From: Mobula hypostoma
Lineage: Eukaryota
DNA: 60,000 nucleotides
Direction of reading: 5' to 3'
NCBI RefSeq assembly: GCF_963921235.1
Contig: NC_086097.1
Span: 34,474,001-34,534,000 of the forward strand
Under the pieces are notes generated by a model. It was given only the letters and a program-made list of their open reading frames with translations, searched no databases and was not told the DNA's origin. Shown here in pieces: positions 1 through 11,560 of this stretch (position 1 is the first letter of the stretch; each line of letters begins with the position of its first letter). A program made the translations under genes and the position numbers.

Positions 1-315
1 CTATCAGCATTTTCATGATTAGTCTTCCACTTGAATTCAATCTTGTTAACCGTGTCCTCCACAAAACAGAGCCCATCTCTGCACTTGTGCTGTTGCTGTT
101 AGAGGAACACCCTGCTGCGGATTGAAAATAGGTACTAGTGGTTAATGATCAGTAAAATCTCCGACACCAGAAACGTTTTACACCCCAAACCAAACTCAAG
201 GACTCTCTGTCAAACTGTGCATAACTTTTCTCAACAGTGGTAAGGAACCGTGATACAAAGGCCATAGGGCATTCACTTCCTTCACTCATAACATGTGATA
301 TCACATCACCTGTAC

Positions 316-649
316 CAGTGGTCCCCAACCTCCGGGCCGCGGACTGACACTGGGCTGCGAAGAATGCAGCGGTACACCGGTGGCCGGAATGCACCGCGCA
401 TATCTTTAAGAAAAAAGCTGAAATAAACAAGCTAATTAATTAGGTGCCACCCGGCATGTAAATGTCAGCCCAGATCAGAGGTGACGCAATCAGCAATCGC
501 CTCTGATCTGGGCTGACATTTACGTGCTGAGCGGCACCTATAATCAATTAGCTTGTTTATTTCGGCTTTTTTCTTAAAGATGTGCTGGGTGCGTTCCGGC
601 TACTGCTGCACCGCTGCATTCTTCGCGGACCGGAGGTTGAGGACCACTA
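316..649. mobile_element. hAT-type foldback MITE inserted in the Gypsy RNase H region
   Basis: TIRs CAGTGGTCCCCAACCTCCGG / CCGGAGGTTGAGGACCACTA; near-palindromic body; decayed 8-bp TSD acctgtac (308-315) / acatatac (650-657). Confidence 0.85.
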
Positions 650-1162
650 ACATATACTATAAGGTGAGGCATCGCAGGCAACCTCCACTGGAAGATGTGG
701 ATCATAATGTGTGAGTACAGTGTCTGATGTCACTATTTCCTTTGCCTTTTAGAAAGCCATCTCACACTGTTTTGTCCATTGTCATTTCTTCCAGATCTGT
801 AGTAATGAGTTCAAGGGGCGGAATAGGATAGTTAGGTTTGGCAGGAACCTATTATAGTGATTGACAAATCCTAAAAGGAAGTGCAACAGTGACATGAACT
901 TTGGCCTTGAGGCACCCACCACTGCTTGAATTTTCTCAGCACACTTGTGCAATTCTTGTGCATCAATGGTGTAACCACAATGAGTGATGCTTGGTTGAAA
1001 GAATTTACACTTGTCACATCATGCTCTAAGGCCTTAATATTCTAATCTTTTTAACACTGTCTTGAGATTTTTGAGATGTTCTTTATCATCCTTACCAGAT
1101 ACAATGTTGTCATCCAGGTAACACCCTGAGTGTATGGGCAGCCCTGCAGTACCTGGTCCATA

Positions 1163-2080
1163 AGACCATTAGACCATAAGATATAGGAGCAGAATTAGGC
1201 CATTTGGCCCATCGAGACTGCTCCGCAATTTCATCATGGCTGATCCAATTTTCCTCTCAGTCCCAATCTCCTGTATCCCTTCATGGCCTGACCAATCAGG
1301 GATCTACCAACCTCTGCCTTAAATATACTTAAAGACTTGGCATCCACAGCTTCACCACTCTCTGGCTAAAGAAATTCCTCCTCATTTCCATTTTAAAAGG
1401 ACACCCCACTATTCTGAGGCTGAGTCCTCTGGTCTTAAACTCCCCCACCATAGGAAACATCCTCTCCACATCCACTCTATCAGCATCTTTCATCATTCGA
1501 TAGGTCTTAATGAGGTCACCCCTCATTCTTCTGCATTCTAGTAATCCAGAGCCATCAAACACTCTTCATAAGACAAGCCATTCAATCCTGAAATCATTTC
1601 CATGAAACTCCTGTGAACATTTTCCAGTTTCATCACATCCTTTCTAAGATAAGGGGCCCAAAATTGCTCACAGTGCTCTAAGTGAGGCCTCACCAGTGCT
1701 TTATAAAGTTTCAACATTACATCCTTGCTTTTATATTCTAATCCTTTTGAAATGAATGTTAACATTGCATTTGCCTTCCTCACCACAGGCTCAAACTGCA
1801 AATTAACCTTTAGGGAATCCTGCACAAGGACTCCCAAATCCCTTTGCACCTTAGTTTTTTGTATTTTCTCGCCATTTAGAAAATAGTCAACCCTTTCATT
1901 TCTTCTAACAAAGTCCATGACCATACACTTCCTGATATTGTATCTCATCTGCCATTTCATTGCCCATTCTCCAAATCTGTCTAAGTCCTTCTGTAGCATC
2001 TCTACTTCCTCAAAACTACCTGCCCTCCACCTACCTTCCTATTGTCTGCAAACTTTGCAACAAAGCCATCAATTCCATCA
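1163..2080 (-). mobile_element. 5'-truncated CR1 LINE inserted in the Gypsy RT
   Basis: ORFs 1329..1562 and 1538..1999 (KFAD, LYKALVRPHLE, RRNFFSQRVV); tandem (TGGTCTTA)-like tail; flanking TCCATA repeats at 1157-1162 and 2081-2086. Confidence 0.9.
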
Positions 2081-3459
2081 TCCATAGTCTTCCAATAGTG
2101 TGCAGGTGCAGATCCTACTCTAAAAATTAGCCCATTGTAGGAATAAAGCCCTTTGGAAGTCTTTATGTTGAGAAACACTTCGGACTCTTCTTCCATCTTC
2201 ATCTGTAGGAAGGCCTGAGCTAATTCCAGTTTGGTGAACTGTTTTCTTCCAGAAAGGTTTGCAAAGATTTCCTCCACCCTGGGCAGAGGTATTGATCTAC
2301 ATTCAATAGTGTGTTGATGGTGATCTTGAAATTACTACAGATCATGATAGACCCATTTTTCTTGGCTACTGGGGCCACTTGCATTGCCTATAGGCTCTAC
2401 TCAACCTTGGAAAGAATTCCTTCAGCCTCCATGCGATCTAGCTCTGTGGCTACTTTATCACAGATAGTGTAAGAAACCAGATGAGCTTTGAAAATCTTGG
2501 GAGCAGCATTTTCATTTAACACTATTTTACCCTTGATATGTTTAAGTTTTCCAACGCCATCCTCGAACAATGCTGTGGCATCATCCATTCCCTTCTTAAA
2601 TTTGCTTTAGGTTGACTCTAAAGCAAGGGAATGTGGCATACAAATGATGGATGGATCTCCCATCCAGTTGTGGTTGTCTCAACCAATCGCAGCCCTGGTC
2701 CTCCTGTTTTTACCACACACAAGCCCAGTTTGGCTTGTTGATTGTTGTATTTCACTGTTACGAATGTCATTCCCACAGGAGTAATCTTTTCTACAATACA
2801 AGTTCAATATCTGCAGACTTCAGTATCTTTGAAATGCTATTCAAACTTATTTTGTCAAAATACTGAACCAGCCAAGCCAGTGTTCAATTTCATTTTAATT
2901 AATTTTCTGTTCATTTCTGTTGTAAGCAATATAGCTTATCTATTGTTAATTTTCACATTGTAAATATCAAGGCTAAATAGTGTTACTCTCATTATCAGAT
3001 ATTTCATCAATAGCGTGCAGATTCATGCTCTTTTTGAAACTGCAACTTGACTTTTTATCTTTTGCTCTTCCCTGTCAAACTTCTAAGCAAACTGTATGCC
3101 TTTCAACTGAATGCACTCAGCACTACTTGCACTCTCATTTCATTTTCTATTTTATTTCCTTCGAAATACTGCTTAATTCACTCAGTATACATTATCCAGT
3201 TATCTGTTGTGGAATCTACCTTTCTGACGTAGCCAGCCAGGTTCTGCTTTTTTTTTAAATTTATGATTATTATCGCTCGGTACTCACTGTTTATGAACCT
3301 GTGAATTTCATCCATTTTCTGCCTTTTAAAACTTAACCATATTTCCCAAAGAAAAGAAAATGTTCTACTCTTTTTTTTAACTGAAACATCTCACTGCACT
3401 TCAACAGGTAGGTAGTCGCCTCAGGTTCAAGACTTACTTTTCAACACTGTTATGCCTTA

Positions 3460-3745
3460 AAACATAGAACATAGAAAAGTACAGCACAGAAACAGGCCAT
3501 TTGGCCAATAATGCTGTGCCAAACCAGTTAAAAAGCAAATCAAAAGCACCAGAAACTATTCCCTCCTACCTACGCCATGTCCATAGCTCTCCATTTCCTT
3601 GCATCCATGTGCCTATCCAAACATCTCTCAAAAGCCTTTAATGTGTTTGCCTCTACCATCATTTCGGGCCGCACATCCCAGGCATCCATAACCCTGAGGA
3701 AAAACGCTTACCCCTCACATCCCCCTTGAACATGCCCCCTCTAAC
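3460..3745 (-). mobile_element. CR1-type LINE 3' tail fragment
   Basis: aacatagaacatagaa tail followed by acagcacagaaacaggcc, the same 3'-end type as at 24500 and 59807. Confidence 0.7.
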
Positions 3746-5744
3746 TTCAGACCAAAACTAATTGAAAGAAATACCTGGAGCCAGGGATAGCTCGTGTATG
3801 TTTTTCATTTTTACTTTCGTGAGGCATGCACATATGATGTGGTGATGTAATAACGTAATGACATAAGTCATTCACATACTTCTTACATGTAACCATAATG
3901 AATTATGTAAACAATGAACAACAAACAATACATTTATAATATTGAACTAATATTAAATGTTATTGAACTATTAAATATTAAATACATAATATAAATGTAA
4001 TTGAATATTTAATTATGTTTATAAATAATTAAATAAATATTAGATTTTAAATGGCTAAATGAGACTCAATGCTCACCTTCACTGGTATGGACAAGTTGAG
4101 CTGAAAGTCCTGTTGTCATGATATATTACTCAATGAGTCTGAATCTTTCTTGTATAACCAACAACAGGAGAGAAACACAGGTAATCTGAACACCATCAAC
4201 GTTGGACTCAGTCTGTCCCGAACTTACCTGTGCCCTGGATATGACACCCATCTGTCTACCTGCAGAAGGAAAGGGTCACCAATCATCTTCATCTTGACCA
4301 ATGAGTTTTAGATGGTCAGGAAGCAACAGCCTAATCCTAACTCCAGGAACAGCCTGACAGTCTGTGGCAGGAGGTAAGGTTTTGGCTTTTTCAATGCCTG
4401 TAAACATATCAATTTTGCACAAAGTCATTTTAAATCTATTAAAACATTTTAAATAATATTAATATTACTATTATGAAGTGTCAATAATATTTAACATATC
4501 GCTATTTTGAATATTTTAATAAATTGATCATTTTTGAATAAATTAAGATTCTAGTTTAAAGTATAATTATGTTTAAGAAACCCATATTTAAACATTCAGA
4601 AACTTCAAACTAAACTAAACTAGAACTTTCCTTCCCTGTTCCATTGGCTGAGAATCCTCATTCAGATGCATATGGTCTCCAGCTATTGGTGAGATTTGTT
4701 GGGGGACAAGTTCTGATGCTTTTACTGGGGAATCCAGGCAAGCCCAGGGTTCATCATTGGAGTGCTTAAACAGAACTTAGTGACAGATACGTTGGCAGCT
4801 GCCACTCACAATGACTGGAATTCACAGCTGGTTTTGACCTTTCTCACTTCAGCTGGTGGATTCCAAGGGCTTCCTTCGGAAACCTCAGCCACCAGTCAGT
4901 AAATTCATCCAGCTCAAAATTTGTGCAGGCCTACCTGAAGAATTCACAACCAATACTTGTGCTTGAGCAGTTTAATTTCCAATTACCAAGAAGCAATAAT
5001 GACTTATTGGATAAACTACAGAGATACAGAGAAAAATATTAATTATGACAAGTTCAATGGGAAAAAATATCTAAAAAGCATCAAGCACATCAATAAATTT
5101 AGGTTTTACCATTGGGTCTTCAATACATTTAAAAGACTGAAGAATATGGGGAAAACAAAAATAGATTAGTGTACATGAATATTGGGTCAGTGTGGGGCTT
5201 AGTCAGCGTGGATGTGTTAAGTTGAAGATCCTGTTTTCATGCTAATATCACTCTGTAGCCTTAACCCTTCACAGCGGTATTGCTTTCAATCAGACATTGT
5301 ACATCCTCAGAACATTCTTGATATGAAATGTAACTTTTCAAAGTGCGTACATCATTTCAAAAGTCTCATTCTTAGAGGCCGCAAGTTGGTGCCTTCGAAG
5401 AATAGGCAGGATCCCTCTTGTGGTATGTATGACTAACACATGCAAACCTGCTGATCCTAGCATCAGAATACATCCTTTGTGCAAGTTTGGGCTATGAAGG
5501 AAATCGGAGGCACTGTGCTCACCAAGAGCCAGTCCCACTTGTGTGCTCAGTCAGGGGAAGTTCGTGGTTGAAAATTGTGGAGAAATTCTATTGACTGTCT
5601 AATCTGTTCTAAATTCCATTCATTCTTCACTTCAGAGCTTGTGACCTAAGTTATATCCAGGTCTCCAAAGGCTCTACTATAAAATTGCCATCTTTGTGTT
5701 TAATATTTCCAATGGACATCATGGAACCATCCAGTAGAGTAACC

Positions 5745-6017
5745 TAACCTTCTGTCCACACTGTCCATTCAGGTACCCATTTTAAATTACCCCAAATTAA
5801 TCCCATTTTTTTTCTTTCCACATTCCTCTCAACCCCTACCATTTGAATGGTAGGGGCAATTTACAGCAGCTAATTAACCCCCCCCCCCCCATATTTTGGG
5901 GATTAGTGAACATACAAAGGGAGTACATGGAAAGAACATGTAAACTTCACTCAGCCAGCACTGGAGGGCAGGAGAGCACTGGATCTGTGAGGTAACACTC
6001 TACTAACTGTGCCACAA
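5745..6017 (-). mobile_element. Degenerate tRNA-derived V-SINE (HE1-like)
   Basis: catggaaagaacatgtaaacttc resembles the reverse of the V-domain core ggagtttgcatgttctccccgtg; 5' end gtggcacag. Confidence 0.55.
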
Positions 6018-6869
6018 CTATGCCCTTTTCTCTGATACCCTGCCCAAGCATGCAATCATCTGAAAGTACAGAGTGGAAGTTTTTATCATTCCTGAAACCA
6101 CATGTCAATGTGCCATAATAGGGGTCAATGCCATGGGCACGGGATTTCTGCCTTTCTGCTTCATGTTAGGATTTGTAGGTTTAAGCAGCAGCATCCACGT
6201 TCTTTCTTTTTATTTTTGAGTTAGGATGCATTAAACATGAGTCATTTTAGGAGAACAACCCTCCAGATGAAGTTGACCAATGCTAACATGTCTGCACTTC
6301 ATAAGAGAGATCGATCATTGGGCTGAAAGTATTGCTGGGAGTCATTGCACACTGTTATGTGAACGGGTTTAAGAACAGTGATACAGGCATACAGTAGGAA
6401 CTGGCATCTCTGTGGGAAGTGCACTCCCAGAGAGAGGTCCAGTATACTCATGGAACTAGGAAGCTTCCCAGGACAGAATTAAAGAGACAATGAGAGGAGG
6501 CTTTAGATGGTATTGAACTCCTAAGACTAGTCCCAGTGCCACAATACGTTTCTCATCCTCGGAGATGTGATCGAGGTCAAAGAAAGCAGCAACGAATGTC
6601 ATCCATCATCTGCAAACCTACACTGAATAATATTTACGGAGAGATATTAACATGGGAGTTCCATTAGGATTACCAGAGGGGAACTGGATTTTCCTTAATC
6701 TATTATCAGTCGTGGTTGGTGATGTGACAAGCTGGTCATCACTTATTGACCACCTCTAATTGCCTTTGGAGGAGCTGCCTTCCTGCCCAGCATGTTGAAG
6801 AGGCAGCCATAGATCTGTTAAATACGCAGATCCAACATTGTGAATGAGTGAACAAAAGGAAAAGAATTA

Positions 6870-7667
6870 GACCATTGGTTAATCAGAGCAGCCAACTATT
6901 TGGGCCAACTCTTAAAGAACAAAAACTAATCAAGAAACTATCTGGGACTCCATTTGTTTATTTGGGACACTCTGCTGCTTAGTTGAGGCAGGAGACTGTT
7001 GCCGAAAAGTTTCTAACTAACGTCAGCTGTGTGTGCTTACGTGGTCTTCAGATACAACACCATGCTTAGAACAAACAGTTTTTAAATAGCTTCAATTGCA
7101 TGTGTTTATGTTTTTTTAAAAAGCAATTCTTGTCACTGATAGTTGGCTGGAAGTAAGCAGCAAGACAACTCAGAATGGCTTTGTTCACTATGCTTTCAAA
7201 CATTCAGGCTTAGAGATGCCAGAAATGGCTGAGAGTAAAAATAAAACAATTTCACTACTTCAACGGGATAGAAGCTATGGAGAATTTGAAGGTATCAGCA
7301 ATCATATTGAATGTTACAATGAAAAATCATCAACAGCATTGTATGAAGGCAATCCATTATCTACAATAGAAACTGCATTAGGTGTCCGTGCGGATTTTGT
7401 TCATCTACAGTCAAAAGACCACGGCGTGGATGAATTCCTCAATCGATGTATTGAAGACTAATACACAATTTTATAGTATTGGTAGTGTCCTAATTTGTTC
7501 TGTTTTTCATTTAAATACTGCACATAATATCTTACTCGGTTAAACAGTAGTTTGTCTTTTTTATACTTTTTTAACTATTTCCATTAAACATCAGCAAATT
7601 GGGGCAGCTACTTAATTAGGTCAAAATATACTAGTCCTGATCTGTCCCAATTAACTGGAATTCATTG
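6870..7667. mobile_element. Degenerate Tigger/pogo-like non-autonomous DNA transposon
   Basis: Right end tgtcccaattaactggaattcattg|ta; inverted ttgggaca and gcagc motifs at the left end. Confidence 0.55.
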
Positions 7668-7699
7668 TATTTCTGAATGAGAATAGCATAGGTTTTCAC

Positions 7700-8445
7700 A
7701 GGTTTCTCAATGACAAAATGACAGCTGCCATCGTCTCCCTAAGTGAAGCAGATCAAAGCTTTTCCTTATGATGGGGAGGAAGACTAATGTTGGATTGTAG
7801 CAAAAGTTATTGGTGGTTAATGGGAACAAGCAATACTTTGGACTGAATGAGTTAATGCCTCTATGGAGTGTTCTCAGAGACCATGGATCTTCCTACCTAT
7901 ACTATTCAATATCAGTAATGCACGATTCCCCCTCTATTGCATGACGATCTACTCCATCAATGTATTGACCATAGAGGAAGTGCAGTGTAGATTGTTCCTC
8001 AAATGGCAAGACCTCCTCCTTCCATAATCCTGGAACCAATCTAGTGGATTTGGGCTGCACTCTCTAGAAATCAGAAGAAGGAAAGGAAGTCTTACTGAAA
8101 TATACAAAGGTCTTAAAGGACTTAACAAGCTAGTTGGAGAATTCTTTTTCTTGTTGAGAAACCTAAGATTATGGGGCACAGTGTCAAAATAAGTGATAGA
8201 CTATTTAGGACTGAGATGAAGGGAAATATTTCCACTCAGCATGTGACAACCATTCGGAATTGCTTACTCCTGAGGGATGTGAATGCTCAGATATTAAGTT
8301 GATTCAAAACATATATCAATAGCTTTCAGGTGATTAAGAGAATCAAGGAACAGGATGGTAGTGTTGGAAAATGATACTGGGCGAGAGAATCTTCCATGAT
8401 CTTGAATGGGAGGGCAGACTCAATGGATAGATGATCTATTTATCA
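7700..8445 (+). mobile_element. Old CR1 LINE fragments
   Basis: Similarity to the CR1 3' region (tttaggactgagatga...ggaattgcttactc). Confidence 0.6.
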
Positions 8446-11109
8446 TCCTTTTGCTTTCTTCTCATATTTAATCTCTCCTTTTCCCAATCAGTCCCAGAGA
8501 CTTTCACTTTCCCCATCGCACTTATCCTCCTGCACCCATTTCACAAAATTACTCTTCCTCCTGGACCACTCAATTTGTCCTTACTCATTTATACACTTCA
8601 GCTCCCACCTCACAAAGCTGCCTTACTTGGAAATTGAACTCTAACATAGCTTCAAGGTTGAAATTTCTGGCTTCTTAAGCAACCTATACCCTGGGGTGGT
8701 GAGAGAGTGGTTTATGAAAAGTAGCAGAACAAAGAAGCATCATCAGAACCAAACTTTATGGGTAAAATCAGGGAGCCAGAAATCATCTTTAAAGGAGGTT
8801 GGAAGTATTTATTTCTCAAATCAGACAAAAAACAAACATGGGCAGATTTTCCATTCCTTTGCCCCTGGGTGTTTTCACAATTTTGCTCAGCATTGTAAAT
8901 TAAGTGATGAGGTTATCTGGCACTGTCATTAGGAAAATGAGTAAAACCCATGATTGCCCATCCGTTAAATTTAAGTACAATCAATAGATGGAAAATCAGT
9001 TTCTCTTTTCCACACTTGGCACACTTTGAGTAGGCAGCCTTCTCCCAGACCACTGTCGATGCAGCTTTATAACATGGTGTATGTGTGGGTGGACCGGGCT
9101 AAGGCATGGGCAGAGTACTTCCAGCTCCCTGCGGTGAAGTGCTCGGCTTCTGTCAGCTGCCTCCACCTGACAACATGGTTGGGTGAATGAGAACTCACAC
9201 TTAATTAGCTTCCAACCCATAACTCTTCTGGCACTGAAGGAGTTTCCTGCTGTGATTAAACTGTACAGCATTTTAAGTCTCTCACAATGAGTAAGAGACC
9301 ATGGTTTAAAGGAAAGTCTTTGCAGGATTTCCCCATTCATGGCCCATGGGAAGATGTCTTTGCAGGGAAAGTGGCACACTGGAAATAATCCTTAAGTTCT
9401 TTTTGATAAGTAGTTGTTTCGGCTCCAGAGAGCAGGAGTTTTCACTTGATGCATTGGTTTCATAGAAAATATTGCTGAAAACAGCCAGTCACAAAAAGTT
9501 TGGATTTTCAAGTATGAGTTACATTCACTGCATGATAATGACCTAAAATACAGCTTTTAAAAATACCCAGAAGCAGGCACAGTCACAAAACTAGCCTTCC
9601 CATAGACTTAAATCATCACCATTCAGAGTTTGCAGTACGGAAGCCCCCAAATTTCAACTTTTTTTTAGCTACAGGAGACTTGCAGGCTTAATTTTAAATT
9701 TAAAAAGCTCATTCTGCACACTAATATAGTTAGCACAATTCTGTAATATCATCTATTTCTTACAGAGATTGTGAATTGGCTCTGACTAAAAGCATATCTT
9801 GCTGTGATAATTATTTTTCAGCTCAAACAATCGAACTATCTTTACCACCTCTGAGTTTCTTTTTGAAAAATACCATCCAAATGATCCCATCCAGATCATT
9901 GATTCATCTCCAACTTAGAAACACCTAGACAGAAAGTTTGAAATTGACTTTGTTCATTGAGATTAAGAGGTGATTGGCCTGTGAGCATGTGAAACAGGTC
10001 AGAATGAGGAAAGGGTGTTGCAGGCACCACAATTAGTCTGAGATGATCCACTAATTGCAATCAGATGCCCAGCCTTTGGGTGGGTGAGAGGAGATGGGTT
10101 GGAGATCAGGCATTTTTGTTCTCATTAAGAGCAGAGGGAACAGTAAGTAAACTCGATATCCTTCCAATATCCCTTTATACAGTTTACTGCTTTCAGTACT
10201 GAACTGAGAGTTAGTAATATAGACTTTTTGGTCCAATTTTCAACACTAAGTACACAAAACATTCTGCATGTGTTGTACACAAACTACAGTGAGGAAATGA
10301 CTCTAACAGTGGCTTGAATCTTACTTGGCCAGAAACACATTTGTACTATCAAGTCTTAAAATAGGTGCAACTGAATTTCCTCCCATTCCCTTTTTAGATC
10401 AGAGTATTTGGATTTACATTTCACTGTAGTAAATAGAGAAATTATGCACATTAAGTCCCCTCAGAAAGAAATGGCCATTTCCAAAGATTAGAGCCAAACC
10501 TCTCATGCCTATTTTGAGAGTACAGTTGAGTTTAATGGTGTCCTTGAAGCTTTGGAACCTTTCATAGTATTCCATCAGTACAGCTAATTATGGAAACTTG
10601 AAAGACAGTACAACAATACTGTAATCTTATGTAGGAGAACATGACCGACTTTGAATCAAGTAATGATAGATTGGTAGCTGTCGTATTCTGATGATCACAG
10701 TGCTGCATGCTGACTGCAGAGTGGGCTTGGAATGGCAGGAGGGCAAGAAGTCTGCACACCACAGGTCAGGTGCATTGATCTGGCACTCAGTCAGTCTTCT
10801 TCAGGTGCAACCCCATTATGACACATCAAATCATTAATTGGACCAGCGGAATATAAATGAGGGCAAAATATTTAGAAACTAAGACAGTTTGCTCTGGCTG
10901 CTCCATTTCAACCTTCGTTGCATTATAAGGTGAACTTCTATATCCAAAGAACTTTCTGCAAGTCATTTCCCAGGCATTAAGTTTTGCATCCTAAAAGTCC
11001 TCCAATAAGTTAAGCGACAGATAATCCATACAGATAAAGACTCAACAAACTTGCAAGTGCATGCGGAGTACTATATTCTTTTAATGTGCTGATACTGTGT
11101 TTCATTGTA

Positions 11110-11560
11110 AACTTCAAAGTTCAAAGTAAATTTATTATTAAGTATGTATTCATTTTCTTGCAGGTATTCACAGTAGAATGATGAAACACAACAGAATCAA
11201 TGGAAAACTACACACAAATAATGACTGACAAGTAACCAATGTGCAAAGAAGGCAAACTGTATAAAGAAAAATAAATAATAAAAAATACTGTACATAAATA
11301 AATAATACTGAGAACATGAGTTGTAGAGTCTTTAAAAATGAGTTCATAGCTTATGGAATCAGTTCAGGATGGATTTGAGTGAAATTATCCACACTGATTG
11401 GACTGACTGATGGTTGAAGGGTAATACCGTTCTTGAACCTGGTGGTGTGGGTCCTGAGGCTCCTGTACATTCCCTCCCGATGCGAGTAGTGAGAAGAGAG
11501 AATGGCCTGAGAAGAGATGCTGCTTTCCTGTGGCAGTGTTCCCTTTAGATGTCCTCAATG
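11110..11560 (-). mobile_element. Rex/Babar-related 3' end fragment
   Basis: aaagttcaaagtaaatttatt tail, same family as the + strand tails at about 27830 and 31070. Confidence 0.6.

Larger units (their letters stand above)
1..3990 (-). mobile_element. Degenerate Ty3/Gypsy LTR retrotransposon (protease, RT, RNase H fragments; probable 5' LTR remnant about 3448-3990) with nested insertions
   Basis: Fragments LNTGLAGSV (degenerate DTG), KVATELDRMEAEGILSKVE, EEIFANLSGRKQFTKLELAQAF, CYLDD (about 1110-1122), ACDASPY...GDVISH...KSYAQFDRESLSLVWGVKRF; many frameshifts. Confidence 0.85.

Noticed and set aside
3900..4050. Extremely AT-rich tract as origin or matrix-attachment site
   Set aside because: Low-complexity sequence at a decayed LTR edge with no specific evidence
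8996..9379. 127-aa ORF as a possible exon of a neighbouring gene
   Set aside because: No recognisable protein similarity and no convincing splice-site pair
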